The notes under the pieces: model-generated
What the model was told of the DNA's origin: nothing
What the model saw: the letters and a program-made list of their open reading frames with translations, nothing else
Databases searched by the model: none
In this document: piece after piece, positions 41,038 to 54,252 of the stretch
Position numbering within the stretch: position 1 is the stretch's first letter
How the letters are laid out: each line of letters begins with the position of its first letter
Assembly: GCF_009914755.1 (NCBI RefSeq)
Contig: NC_060937.1
Reading direction: 5' to 3' (one strand)
Length of the DNA: 64,000 bases
Source of the DNA: the human T2T-CHM13v2.0 reference genome, Homo sapiens
Program-made: the position numbers and the translations under genes

Positions 41038-41637
41038 CCAGTAACTCTGGGCTCACCTGTAGTCATTTCATTTCTCCCCAGGTCTCATCTGCAGTGTGTC
41101 AGAGCTTTGACATCTGAGGAAATGAGCTGCCATATCTTCTGATCACCAGGTTTCTCTTGCTGCTCTGACTAGGGAGCAGAGTGCCTTTCTTCCTCAGCCT
41201 TCCCTAGTTGCAAGGTCATGGCAGAGGGGGGCATTGATACTATTGGACATGTCTGCTGTGGTGCCTGCCTGACCAAGCTCCCACTGCTCACACCCATGGT
41301 GCACACCTGCCCCTGCTTCCTGGTCTCTGCTCACTGATTCAAAGGAAGGTACCTGTCCCAAGGGCTGTGATCATCTGGCTTACAGAGATGGGCTGGACCC
41401 ATCCCAATTTTTTTTTTTCTCAGAAAGTCTAACCAAGAAAGATACAGTGCATGTGCCCACTGGTTGCAGGAATTGTAGCCAAAAGGTCATGCAGCAGAGT
41501 CAGGGATAAGGAGACCTTATCTAGGTGAAGAGCCCTGCTGGTGGCTCCACAGAAAAAAAAAAACAGATGTGAAGTGTGTGGCTGCGTCCAGTCAAGGTGG
41601 AACAGCAGAATAAAGTTTCAACCCTGTGGCAGAGTCC

Positions 41638-42106
41638 TGTGGACCTAGAAAGAAACTAAGGCATGGCTTAGGCAACAATGAATGTATGTGAGCCAAATTT
41701 GAGTGACCACAGCCCAGGAAACATTTCGAAGTTACTTTGGGAAGTGCTCCTGAGAACAAAAATGAAGTTCAAGCTTTTAAAGAAAAAAGGCCAAACCAGT
41801 GGGGCAATTTCAAGAGTTGTTTTTCAAATATTACAATTGGTGTGATTGTATCTAAAGCAGCCTTGGAGTCAAGGGGTTGGTTGTAACAGTCTAAAAGGGC
41901 GCCTGTGGTCAGGGACTGCCCAGTTCAGCAGGAAATAATGAAGGTAACAGCAGGTGTTTTGGCAGTTGCTCAAGCAGGGGCTGTGATCTCCAGGGTCTAG
42001 TGTTCTCTACTTAAGATGTGCCTGAGGCTCAAGCCAAAATGGCCTCCTGGCTTCATTTTAGGTCCTTGACTAAATTTTTGCCATCTTCCGCCATCTTCCT
42101 CTGTCA
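41638..42106 (-). mobile_element. Solo LTR (ERV1-like, MER90-group?), nested in an old MLT1 remnant (~41260-42220)
   Basis: TG..CA ends with 4-bp TSD gtcc; 'gaaagaaactaaggca...gggaagtgctcc'; family uncertain. Confidence 0.65.
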
Positions 42107-42574
42107 GTCCCCAGATCCGGGTGAGTCCCCCGGGAGCTTGGCCTGATTACAGCACCATAGGGGTCCTCGGGGCCAAATAAGATTCTCTTTCTTGCAGCCA
42201 AGTGAACCCAATCCTGGTACTGGGTACAGAGAAAAAGGATGCCACTATTCCTGTGGCTAGAATACTCTTCTAGAAATGGGGAGGATTTCGTTCTGATGCC
42301 ACTTTTCTCTTGTCTGCCCAAATTGCTTCTACAAGACGTCATTGAGTGCAGATCCCTGGCCTCAGAGCAAATCAGCCTGGCGTGGCTCTGGGCATGGAGC
42401 AGGCTGATCTGTGGGAGCATGAGGCCATGGGGCAGACTCAAGTGACTGCCCGTCTGCTTTCGGGTAGGGTGTGCGAGTAGCTGCAACAGTGGAAACAGCC
42501 TCTAAAACAAGGGCTTTAGCCCCACTTACAGATAAGTGGCAAATGTTTCTTATTTCTGAACTTGCTTATTGGTG

Positions 42575-42900
42575 CCAGCATACACATAGCCATTCAACAG
42601 GTACTTTCTGAGTCCTCTGATGTTCGAGTCACTGGGCTAGGTGGTAAGTGTGATTCAAAGATAAAATATTCAGGCAACTGTTGCTCTAGACTTATAATTT
42701 GGAAAACAAAGGGCATGTATTACAGACATCAAGACAAAACGTGTTAATTGTCATAAGAAGTACAAATAAAATGCAATAGGCATTCACAGTGGGGCTCAAC
42801 TACTTCCTTCTGAAAGCATTAAGGGAAATATGGGGGCTGAGCTGACATTTTGTTTAGCTTCGACCATGGGGTAGGATTTGAAGGCTGGTGCAGGAGGCAT
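42575..42900 (-). mobile_element. L2 fragment
   Basis: 'cattcaacaggtacttt', 'tgagctgacattt', 'gggtaggatttg'. Confidence 0.55.
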
Positions 42901-44477
42901 GAACAGGAAGCACTTCATGTTTAGCTGGAGAGTAAAAAGCAAGAGAAGGAAAGAACTTCATCAAGTGGTAGGGGCAGATTGAGGGAAAATCCTAGGTGAT
43001 GAAAAATACCACAATGTGGAATTTGGTCTTTATTTTGAAGACAAATTTTCTCATGGAAGGTTTTTGAGCGGAACAATGGAAGGCAGAGCCAGCCCTTAAA
43101 AAAATTACCAAAAATTGTAGGAAGGAGAGAGGCTCCAGATGAGCATGAGGAATTTTCCATGTCTCACTGAGTTGAGGGGAGGGTTGGCACACTTGCCCAC
43201 CCTCGGGCGCCTCCATCTCTCTTCCCCGTGCTGGAGTCTAAGCCACCTGACCATGTGCACTTTCCCTCCATGACAAATGCCTTTTCTCTTCCTGACGGAC
43301 CCCCGCCTGGCCTCCCTCCACTGTAAAACATTGCCAAATGGATTTAATTCAAATTCTGTGTAATAAAAACATAAAGTAAGGCAAAATAAATGGGAATGTT
43401 TTAAGTAACATGCTCTGGCATCTCATAAAAGCCTCTTAAATTGATTACAAAGAGAGCATGGTGTAGACTACAGAAAAAGGAGGGTTTTATGGGAACTCTG
43501 GCAGAGCCCCAAAGTGGAGCTGCACTGTGGTTGCTGCAATCATAATTCTTCCTCATATCAGGTTTTGTGCTTGAAATGCAGGGCTCTGCACAACTAGTTT
43601 TCCTTCCATAACCAGGGCATATATTTAAAAACAAAACCCCACAGTGGTTAGAAATTCCAGACAGCTCTGACCAGGCGCATATCGGGCATCTAAGCTGCTG
43701 AAATCTTGAGGTGTGTTTTCCAATGATTGGGAAAACCAGGAGTGTAAAAGCATTATCCCAGTAGTTGGGGAAGATCTGTTTTTGCACCAGTCTGGCAGCC
43801 CTGGTGGGGCTGATTTTGCATGGTGCTTAGCCTTAAGCCTGGTATTCAGTACAGAGCAAAATGATGGCACTATGCCTGCCACTGGAAAGCTCCTCCAGAG
43901 ATTGAAAAGATCCCCACTCTGGAATCTTCTCTTGTCTGCCCGATCCTATTCAGCAAGATGCCAGTCCTGTGCAGACCCTTGACATCAGAGCAAATCACCC
44001 TGGCCGTGGCTCTGGGCTTGGGGCGGGACTGACAAATGGAGGCATGAGGAGGAACCCTGTGTTCTGTAGTGACATACGGACCGCCTGATGGCCACACGAT
44101 TGCTCTGAGAATGAGGATACTTGGCGAGGCTTCCACTTACAGAAGCGGAAACTGGGTGTCAGACTACCAGAGAAGGTGATGTACTGCAGGTCAAACTGAA
44201 GAGGCCGATTGAGGTGTATTTCTATGGATGGTTCAGATTGGTGCTTACCCAATAACTAGAAGAAGAGGAACAACTCCCATGGCTGGACTGTGCCCACACA
44301 CTCAGCAGATACCAGTACACTTTTCTAAGTGTATCTATCTTCTGGTTTCTATCTTCTTGGGAGATAGATCTGGTCCTTATAGCTAAACCAGGGGACATCT
44401 TTTCACAAAACTCCCTGTATTTGCAGTATTTTTCCCCCAGAGTGTAAGATTCTTCCAATAAGTCTAGAACTCCTCTA

Positions 44478-44690
44478 CCTTCTCTGTCTTTCTCTTTCTC
44501 TCTCTCTTTCTCATTTGCTCTCACTCTCTCTTGCTTCCTTCCTCTTTCCTTCCTCCTTCCTTCCTTTCTTTCCCCTCCCTCCTCCTTCCCTCCCTCCCTC
44601 CCTCCCTCCCTCCCTCCCTTCCTTCCTTCCTTCCTTCCTTCCTTCCTTCCTTCCTTCCTTCCTTCCTTTTTCTCTTTCTTTCTTCTTTCC
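44478..44690. repeat. Compound polypyrimidine microsatellite (TCCC)n(TTCC)n
   Basis: Direct reading; it generates several spurious ORFs. Confidence 0.95.
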
Positions 44691-44789
44691 ACATCACCTG
44701 GGAGTCTACTAAGTGCCACTCTGCTAAGGGCAGGGGGGACAAAAATGAACAAGATCCAGTCCTGGCCTGCCCAGAACTCCCAGTTCCGT

Positions 44790-44980
44790 GTGATGATTCT
44801 CAACCAGATGTGCACTTGCTCAGAGTCACCTCCAACACTTAAGAAAAAAAAAAAGATTCCTGAGCTCTACCCCAGTCCAGTCCTACTACATTGGAATCTT
44901 CAGGATTGCAGCCTAAGAACAGGTATTTTGAAAAAGTCTTCCTGTGTGTCTTTGTTATGTAACCATGGAAAGAACTACTA
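44790..44980. mobile_element. MER5-type hAT MITE
   Basis: 'gattctcaacca...cagagtcacct...ctaccccag...aagaactact'. Confidence 0.6.
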
Positions 44981-45442
44981 GCCTGCTGGAGAAAAGTAGT
45001 TACAATATTATATGATAAGTTCTGGAATAGAGGTATGAACACAGAGATGTGTCAGCAAGGAGGGAACTATTCAGTTAGGAGAGGGATGTGGTCAGGGAAA
45101 ACTTCAGAGGTAATGCTCGAACTGGGTCTCACGGGATGAATAGGAGTTTGCTAAGAGGTTATAAGGGCAGAGAAGGGAGAGTTCTTTAGATGCACACACA
45201 AGAAGAGAAAACTGATTCATTGCAGGGGCTCCATGCAGTGGAATGAGCAAATGGGGAATGCTTTGGGGCATGGCCAGATGGGTGGTTTGGGGCCAACTGA
45301 TGCTAGTTTTAGAGGTCTTGCCAACTCATTTGTATTTTTCCCCTATAAACCATAGGACAACTTTGAAGAGTTTTAAAGAGGGCATAATTGAATCACATTT
45401 ACATTTGGAAAGGATAAACTAGGGGCAGTGTGATGAGGCTGA

Positions 45443-45742
<300 letters not shown>

Positions 45743-46079
45743 GAAATTCTTAACATGAATCCAAAAGACAAATTCGGCATCTCATATGACCCAAAACCAT
45801 AAGGACAAGATGGATTCATCAGAACCTTTACAAATGTGTCCAGGTTCTTCAGTTTTCACTTATTCTCATGAAAATTTAATTAACAGTCAATTTTCTATCT
45901 CCCCATTACTCCATCAACCACACACACTTGGTGGGAGAAAAGGGTTTACAAGCCTCAACCAATACAGTCACTGCTCTTCCAGTCCTGGGTCCTCAAGATT
46001 GCAGCAAAGATAATGCTGCTGTTCCTGAGCCAGTCAGCCACTTTACTTCCTGCTCAGTATTCACCGAGTGTTTGTTGAT

Positions 46080-47330
46080 CAACTATGGCAGGTAATCGCC
46101 ATAGAAATAATCAATGCCTTCATTTTGTGCAAAAGATGTTTTCAACAAAGTACAAGCTTTCATTTCATGGTTAAGTCAAGAACAGCTTGTTACATTTATT
46201 GTCTTGTGAACCCATCCCCTATTTTATGTTTTTTTTTTTACTCAAAATATACAGAATTGATAAAGAAAATGCCAGTGAATGAAAAACTCAGAAGAATTCC
46301 CATAGAGCACACAATATTCATAAGAAGTTATTAAACAGCTCAAAGATCACTTTTAAATCAAATGCTTATCTAGATCCAAGAAGTTTGCTTGAGTGTGCTT
46401 CAAAAAGCTGTATGACCTAAAATTAAAGCAAATATAAAAATAACAAGTTAAAAACTTCAAATGAATGAGGTTAAAACCATCTCTAAGAAGAAAATTTTAA
46501 ATGGAAGAGCAGATTTGTTTATGGGCCAACTACTGAATAAAACAACTAAAAATCTAAGGATTACACATTGTGACTGAATGTTACAAAAGAATTCTTTAGA
46601 GATGGCAATAGATACAGTGATGTTTATAATATATGCCAGGTTTGTTAATTGGGGTCTATTATTTTGTACCCAGGTTGCTATAAAAATGGCTTTTTCTATG
46701 GTGAAGAACATGAAAAAGCAGCAAAAATGGACTGAAAATTGCCTGGAGACTTAAATTAGGCTCATCAGTCTAAATTGTGATTTTTATATGCCTAAACAAT
46801 GACGAGATCATCAGAGGTCAAAGCAAGCTGCAAAGCCCTAGAGAAGCTATTAACAATTTAGCATTTTCAGATCATGTGGAAATTTTAATTCTGTTTACCA
46901 AAGATACGTGCAGAAATGGTTTTCATGATGATTAAGACCTGTAACTGTAAAAAATGTGAAATTTATAGCATCATAAAATGGTTTGTATAAAATGCAAATA
47001 TCCCAGCTGGGTGGGTTGGCTGTGGAGGTCGCAGTTGGGTTCCTGCCTGAGCTCATTACCATTCCAAGTTCAGCATGGGGATTGTTTGTTTTTTTATTTT
47101 TAAAAAGGGCATGTGATTTTCAAGTAGCTTCTTTGATTATCTTTTGAGCATTGTGATGACCTCTTCAAATGGTGAACAGCTGTGCAAAGCAAACACATAA
47201 GCAAAAAGTATGTTAATTCAGGGGGTAAATTAGGGCATTTTCATATATTCTTGTGATTATAAAGTAGTATGTTCAAGTTTTAGTAAATTAATATTACGTT
47301 ATCAGGTATGCAAGAGGAGTGAGAACCACT
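46080..47330 (+). mobile_element. Highly decayed hAT/Charlie transposase relic (tentative)
   Basis: Colinear degenerate motifs MAGN, QQST, EQLVTFI, ITHC, AIDTVMFIIYAR, GEEHEK, LAFSD; terminal 'gagaaccact'. Confidence 0.45.
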
Positions 47331-47537
47331 AAGGTCACATGTTTATGGACATAAAACATTGAAGGGGGTATAGAAAAATGCAAAATGACGGAAAGTGGAA
47401 ACAGAGAAAATGAAAGGGTTAAGGTTGGGATTCAGAGGAAAAGAGAAGGGAAAATAGATGACTTGGAGGTATTGGTTCCAAAAGTGTGACAAGAGACAGC
47501 ACAGAAACAGGGCCTCCTGAGCAAACATGACTATTAT

Positions 47538-47883
47538 TGTTGTAGGACCTTCTCCTTAGTCCAGCTAAAAACAGGGTCATTGTCACACAACCATGAGAGA
47601 TTAGGCTTGCAGACACTTTGAAGGGTGAGAAAAATGGAATTTTTTGGGCAAAAGGGGCAAAAAGGGAAACAGGAGGTCTCAGCAAAGCGAAAAGTCCTGC
47701 TAGCTAGCTGGCTTCCCACCTCACAGATGGAATCCCAGGTGCTACACTGGAACAGGAGAGGCCAGGCTCCCCCCAGCCCCCTCCGCAAACCTCATAAATT
47801 TCAATAGGTACTAGTGAGCACTCCTCCCAGTGTGCAGGCCAGTTGGAGGTTCTCCAGTAACCCCTTTATACTTGGCAGTCTCA
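47538..47883 (-). mobile_element. ERV1 solo LTR (MER61-like)
   Basis: TG..CA ends with 4-bp TSD ttat; 'tgttgtaggaccttctccttagtccagctaaaaac'. Confidence 0.8.
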
Positions 47884-48174
47884 TTATCCCTTAGCTTCCA
47901 TTGGCCTCATCCTTTAGTCAATCAACAATTAATACATATTTATAGGCACTTACCAAAAGCTAGATGTCCAGGAGCAAAGAGGGAAAAAATTGGTTAATTA
48001 TCTGGGAATAACTGCCTGGTCACAGACCCCTTTCTGGGAATAATCCCTCTCTCAGCTCCTGTGGAAGGGGCAGGACTTGGCAGCCTTCCAGTCATGGCTG
48101 AGTGGACCAGGGTCCAATTTAATGGTTGCAGGATGACCAGTTTCTCTCTGGAAAATTTGAACTGAAGACACTGA

Positions 48175-48390
48175 AACTCTGTTGAAAGCAGATGCTGTAC
48201 CCATCTTATCACAGAGTTGGGGTCATTTGGAAAGGCATTGAGGTAATTCAGTTTGTTACAATGAACAAGTGGGGAGATGTCACTGGCATTCATTGGGGGA
48301 TGCAAAATATACACCAACACATCAGACAATCAACTCAACAAAGAATTGTCCCACCTGAGCTGCCAATGGCACTTCCATTGGAAAAACACA
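48175..48390. mobile_element. MER20-type hAT MITE
   Basis: 'gggtcatttggaaa', 'cactggcatt', 'caacaaagaattgtccca'. Confidence 0.6.
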
Positions 48391-49730
48391 AAGTCAAAGA
48401 AAGATGGTTTTTTTGTTTGTTTTTGTTTTATGGGAGCACAGGCATGAAGAGAAAGCGGGCTCAGAGAAAGGAGACAGAGGGACACAAAGATGAGGGAGAC
48501 CCCACGGCTCTGAAGGGTGGTGAGACGGCTCTGTTCCAGGCACTGTTCCTGTTGTCTGCAGGTCAGCTACTCTTCCTGCTCTCCATTCTGTGGTGGTGTG
48601 AGATGTTACTATAACCTTCCAATAAGGCATTAAAAAAAAAAAAACTTGACCTAATTTGAATTGAATTAGTTTTTTGCTACTAAATGAGTCTAGACTTAGA
48701 AAAAAAGATATGCCACAATCCCTTCCCCAAAAAGCTTAGAACTCAGTGGACAGACAGGACAGCATAGGTGACCATCACATAGCCTTACATAGCACCTTCA
48801 GTAATGAGGCTGGTGTGTCCCAGTGACAGGATTCATTGTCAGTCTTTGCTTTACTGAAGGTGGCATAATAAGGGTGTCTCTCCCACAATGTATGGTTAAA
48901 TACTCATGAAAAAATGTCAAATGTTTCCTCACTCCTGCAAAAAAAAAGATAGATAGAATAATATGTATATATACTTGGGTTGTGTGACAGAAAGGAGGAA
49001 AAGTAGATTTTAGGGAGGGAGTTGTTTGTTTTGTTGTTTTGGTTTGGTTTTCATTTTGAGAAAGAGGTCCAAGCCCTATTAGGGCAAGAAGCAGAGGGGA
49101 GAAGACCCAGCCAAACCCAAACTCCAAAACGCTGCAGGGTCCTGCTACCCACCACCCCTAACCCCCAACCCCCAAGTTCTTGCACTTGCTGTTTCCTCTG
49201 CTTAGCACTCGGATAGGCAACACTGTCTGCATAAAAGCCAATTCTGGAAAAATAAATATGTTTGCATTTCCCCCTTTCCAATGAAAGTAGCAATACTGTG
49301 CACCATAAAAACAAAAATTCAAATGTACAACCTAGATGATCTCACTTTATGTCATAAAGGTATGTCAGGGGGAAAATTTGCACTATTTTGCTACACACAT
49401 ATTTAAATCTGAGTTTATATCAGAAGAACTAACATGGAAGCAACTTTCAGATCCATCCTCCAGGAACTGGACTGTAGACTCTAAAATAACTCAATGGGTC
49501 CTGTAAGTAACGGTATAGTTGCTTGAAATGGTCCCCATTTGTACCTGCTGTGGAACTATTAATAATTCCTCACCACCACCCACCCCAGCAATCTCAAAGG
49601 TGTCCCAATCCAGATGATATGGTCACAGTAGCCATGAGGCCTGCAAGACTCAGACCAAGGAGACACGCTGAAAACCCAGGGAAGGAAGCGTCTTTGGGAT
49701 CCGGAAGCAGCCAGGTATATCTTCATCTGA

Positions 49731-50084
<354 letters not shown>

Positions 50085-50457
50085 TAGAAAGCCTCTGACT
50101 GTGCTGGGGGCTGGAGAAACATCAGAAGTATCCCGCCCTTGAAGAGCTCTCATCTGTAATTCTTGGGACAAAGACCCCTCCTCCTGTGGGCTTAAATTCT
50201 AGCAGGAGGAGACGGAGTGAACCACACGCACAATAAATATGTAGTATATAATATGTGAGAAGATGATAAATATCATGAAAAAAGAAAAAATAGAGCAGAG
50301 AAAGGAGATTATAAGGGTGGTGAGGTAGGGAGATTCAGGTTGCAGGAGCAGATAAAGTAGTCAGTGTAGGTAAGCCTTTTTGAGATTTTATATCATTCAG
50401 CAATTAGCTCATTTGACGGTTGGTCCTATATTGCCAACAGGATGATCATGATTTCCA

Positions 50458-50620
50458 TAGTGCTTGTCAAATTGTAATGGCCATACAAATCTTTTGGGGA
50501 TGTGGCTAAACTGGAGATTCTGATTTAGTAGGTCTGGGGTGGGGTCAGAGAGCCTGCATTTCTAACAAGCTCCCAGGGGATGCTGAGGCTGCAGGCTGTG
50601 AGACCACACGTGGGGCCGTG
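50458..50620. mobile_element. MER5A hAT MITE
   Basis: 'agattctgatttagtaggtctggggtgggg...ctgcatttctaacaagctcccagg'. Confidence 0.85.
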
Positions 50621-51399
50621 AGCAGCTACAGGGCAGGACTGCGCCTTCTATCTCTGTTGTGTTTTTCTAAGCACCCCGTTCCCTGCGTGGTTGGAACAGG
50701 TGCTCCATAAATATGTATCGACTAAATGAACTGAGAAGAGTGACGTAGCATCGATGTCAAGTAATATTAATGAATAGCAAAACTATGATGATTGACTCTG
50801 TTAATGGATTCCTTTTCAGAAGCAGGGCCTCATCACAATTATGTCCGTTTGCACTTCACTATAATAACATTTAAACCATATAGAATTAATTTAGCTTTAA
50901 ATGGGGATGTCATTAGTGCTCCTGAAAGATTTCTTGTCCTGGAATTTTAAATGAATTCATCATGAATTTAAATGTGTTCTCTCTACAGCCTCAGGGCTGG
51001 CCCTGTGCTTAGAAAATGACCCATCTAGTATAATTTGATGAGTGCTGGAATAGGCCATCTGCACAAAAATACTTCCTCCTCTAACTCCAGAAAATTCAAC
51101 ATCCTATTTCACTTAATAAATCACAAATAATTTGATTGATAATCAGGTCAGTAAATATTTACACAATACCACTTGCCAAGAACCATGGGTTGTAGAAAGA
51201 TGAATAAGACAGCTCCTGCCTGTGAGGATCTCTCAGCCTGATGTGAAGAAAAGAAATAGCTGTTTAAAGATGTGTGCATGATACAACGCTATTTGTTAGA
51301 AACCCTAAACTTCTATGCAAAGGGATAACTTTCTAGTTCCCTAGGCGTGGCAATCAATCACCAGGAAGTTTCTTGAAGAAGGAGATAGAGGGATGACAT

Positions 51400-51640
51400 A
51401 GTCTGCCCCTATGGGGACTTTGGAGTTAGCTATGGGTGCTAATTATGTGCAAATTGGGTACATTCCAGGGAACTATTTTCCTCTCTAAGCCTGTTTCCTC
51501 ATCTGCAAAAGAGTAATAATAACCTTTGCCTCCCTGTGTTATCTGAGACTTATTGCAATAGCATATTCAAAGCACTTAGGATACTACACTTTGTACAATG
51601 CCTGAGTAGACATAAGACAAATGTTGGTTCCTTCCCCCCA
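51400..51640 (+). mobile_element. MIR SINE
   Basis: 'ctctctaagcctgtttcctcatctgcaaaa', 'aaagcacttag'. Confidence 0.75.
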
Positions 51641-52475
51641 TCATTTCCTTGAATGGAATAAGCTGTGCGCATCACTCCTTCCTTCATCAAAACTCACCAA
51701 GCATTCCCTGAGTCCCAGATATCAGATGCGATATCAGATGCGTGGCCCCATCTTCACACCATCTTATGGGGTATCCAGAGAAGTAAAGGCACATGGCACA
51801 GGCTGCTCAGTGCCGGGACAAACATCAGGGAAGGATCCTCTGGACAGGTTGGAGCTGAGTGGGAGAGTCAGAGAGGCCTCCTTGGGAGGGGACACTGGAG
51901 CTGAGTCTGGAGGATGACCAAGAATTGGCCCAGAGAAGGTAGTGGGGAGATTTTAAGAGCAGGTAACAGCACAGCCAAAGAACCCCAAGCCAGGGAAAGC
52001 AAACACAATGGGGGTGGGGGCAGCGGGGGCAGCTGGAGGCAGAGGTCAAAGGGCAGGGACTTTGGTCATCTCTTGGAGACGTTAGGATCTGAGGCTCACA
52101 GTGGGAGTTAGAATAGGAAGAAAAAGATGGGCACAGGAGACACCCAAAGAAGAGTAGACAGGATCCTTGAGGAAGGCATCAAAGATGGCTCTGTTTTGCA
52201 GCCCTGCACCTGCAGATGAGAGCCTCTAGCAGAAGAGGACCTGGGAGTGCAGCTGGTTTGGGCAGCAGCGATGGCCCCAGCTTCAGACCTTCTTCCCTCC
52301 CAGACCAGCCTCTCCTGGTTGCTTAGCTGACTGCGTGAGAACCACTTGAAGTCAGGGCCATTCTCGTGAATGACTGCCCTCCTTTTGAGTCTTCAGTTTC
52401 ACCCTCTCTATTGCATTCTCCTCTGCCTAAAAGGATGGTCTATAGCATCCTATCTTCAAAAATAAGCCCAAGCTG

Positions 52476-52603
52476 AACTGGGCATGGTGGTGCACACCTG
52501 TAATCCCAGCACTTTTGGAGGCCAAGGCTGGAGAGGATTTGACATCAAGAGTTCAAGACCAGGCTGGGCAACATAGCAAGACCCCATCTCTAAAAAATAA
52601 AAT
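52476..52603 (+). mobile_element. Free left Alu monomer (FLAM-like)
   Basis: Single monomer plus A-rich tail; TSD aaaataa(g/c)cccaagc. Confidence 0.85.
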
Positions 52604-53238
52604 AAAATAACCCCAAGCCAAGCCTTTGCAAACCAGCTACCCCTTGAGTTACTGTTTTCTTTTTTCTTGTCACTTCACTGCAGGACTTTTTACAAGACAA
52701 TCTTCATTCCTTGCTTCTACCTTCACCACAGGCTCATTTCATTTTAAGAACAACTTTTTCTGTTTCCCTGTTTATAGGCATGACTCATAACTACAACAGA
52801 AATTTGGAAAATACAGAAAAATATAAAGGAGCAAGTAAAAGTCACTCATAAGCCACAGTACAGACATAACCACTGACTACTAACGTGTAGGTTTCCTCTT
52901 TAGTCTTTTTCTCTATGGAGCTAGAGAAATAGATGGTAGGTGGATAGATTGACAGACAGACAGATAGACTTTTTGCCAATTTTTTATTTTACAGATTTCT
53001 GAATATAGTGTTTTATACCCTGTAGTTTGGTTTAACATAATATTGTAATCCTAGGTGATTCAATATTTATAGTAATGGTAACAGTTAACTGATATTTCAT
53101 CTTTGATATTCAAGTTGGATACTTGGGCAGTTTTCATTTCCTCATCATTATAAATAGAGCTGGGGTAACTAACCTGATGCCTCCATCTTTGTCTATATGC
53201 TATGCCTAGAAATAAAATGTTGAGCCAAAGGATGTGAG

Positions 53239-53564
53239 TTTTTTTGTTTGTTTGTTTGTTTGTTTGTTTTGTTTTTTTTAGACAGGGTCTTCCTCTGTTA
53301 CCCAGGCTGGAGTGCAGTGGTCCGATCTCAGCTCACTGTAGCCTTGACCTCCTGGACTCAAGCAATCCTCCCACCTCAGCCTCCCAAGAAACTGGGACTA
53401 CAGGAGTGTGCCAACACACCCACGCCTGGCTACGTTTGTTCTTTTTTTTTTTTTTTTTTTTTTTGTATAGACGAGATCTCACTATGTTACCGAGGCTGGT
53501 CTCAAACTCCTGGACTTGGTGTCCCAAAGTGCTGGGACTACAGATATGAACCACCATGTTCAGC
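53239..53564 (-). mobile_element. AluJ with expanded middle tract and a left-arm deletion, inside an L1ME remnant
   Basis: J-type 'ttgacctcctggactcaagcaatcctcccacc'. Confidence 0.92.
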
Positions 53565-53964
53565 TGTGGACACGAGTATTTCTGAAGGTCTCAATACATG
53601 GGCACATCATGTATATTCTGTGAGCTATTTGAAGGGACATCTTACCAGCCCAGGTAACCATCCTTCATTCACTTGTTAACTCTTCCATCTAGCTTTTTCC
53701 TTTGTGATGGTGACAAAATTGCCACCTTTCCAAGTTCTCTGGTGATTTTCTAATTCTTGAATCCCAAAACCTCTTTTGGTGCCTTCTCCGTCTCTCAGTC
53801 TCTCTTGCTGTGTCTCTGTAGGACTCCACAGCCTTATCTTCCCCTTGAAGTCCTCTCCTCCCTCAGCACCCATGACTCTCCACTGCTCTGCATCCCCACA
53901 ATCTCTCTGGTTGCTTCTCTCTGCCCTTGCCTCCTAGGCTACAGCTCCTCATGGGTACCCCTAG

Positions 53965-54252
<288 letters not shown>

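Noticed and set aside
42121-42197. Apparent 77-nt GT-AG intron after a duplicated GCCATCTTCC (YY1-like) motif
   Set aside because: The motif lies inside the LTR bounded by the gtcc TSD and the 'intron' looks like MLT1 remnant; no transcript evidence.
44222-44842. ORFs with EGRK/LPSF repeats
   Set aside because: Translations of the (TTCC)n/(TCCC)n microsatellite.
51717-51742. 12-bp tandem duplication gatatcagatgc
   Set aside because: Ordinary slippage inside an L2 remnant.
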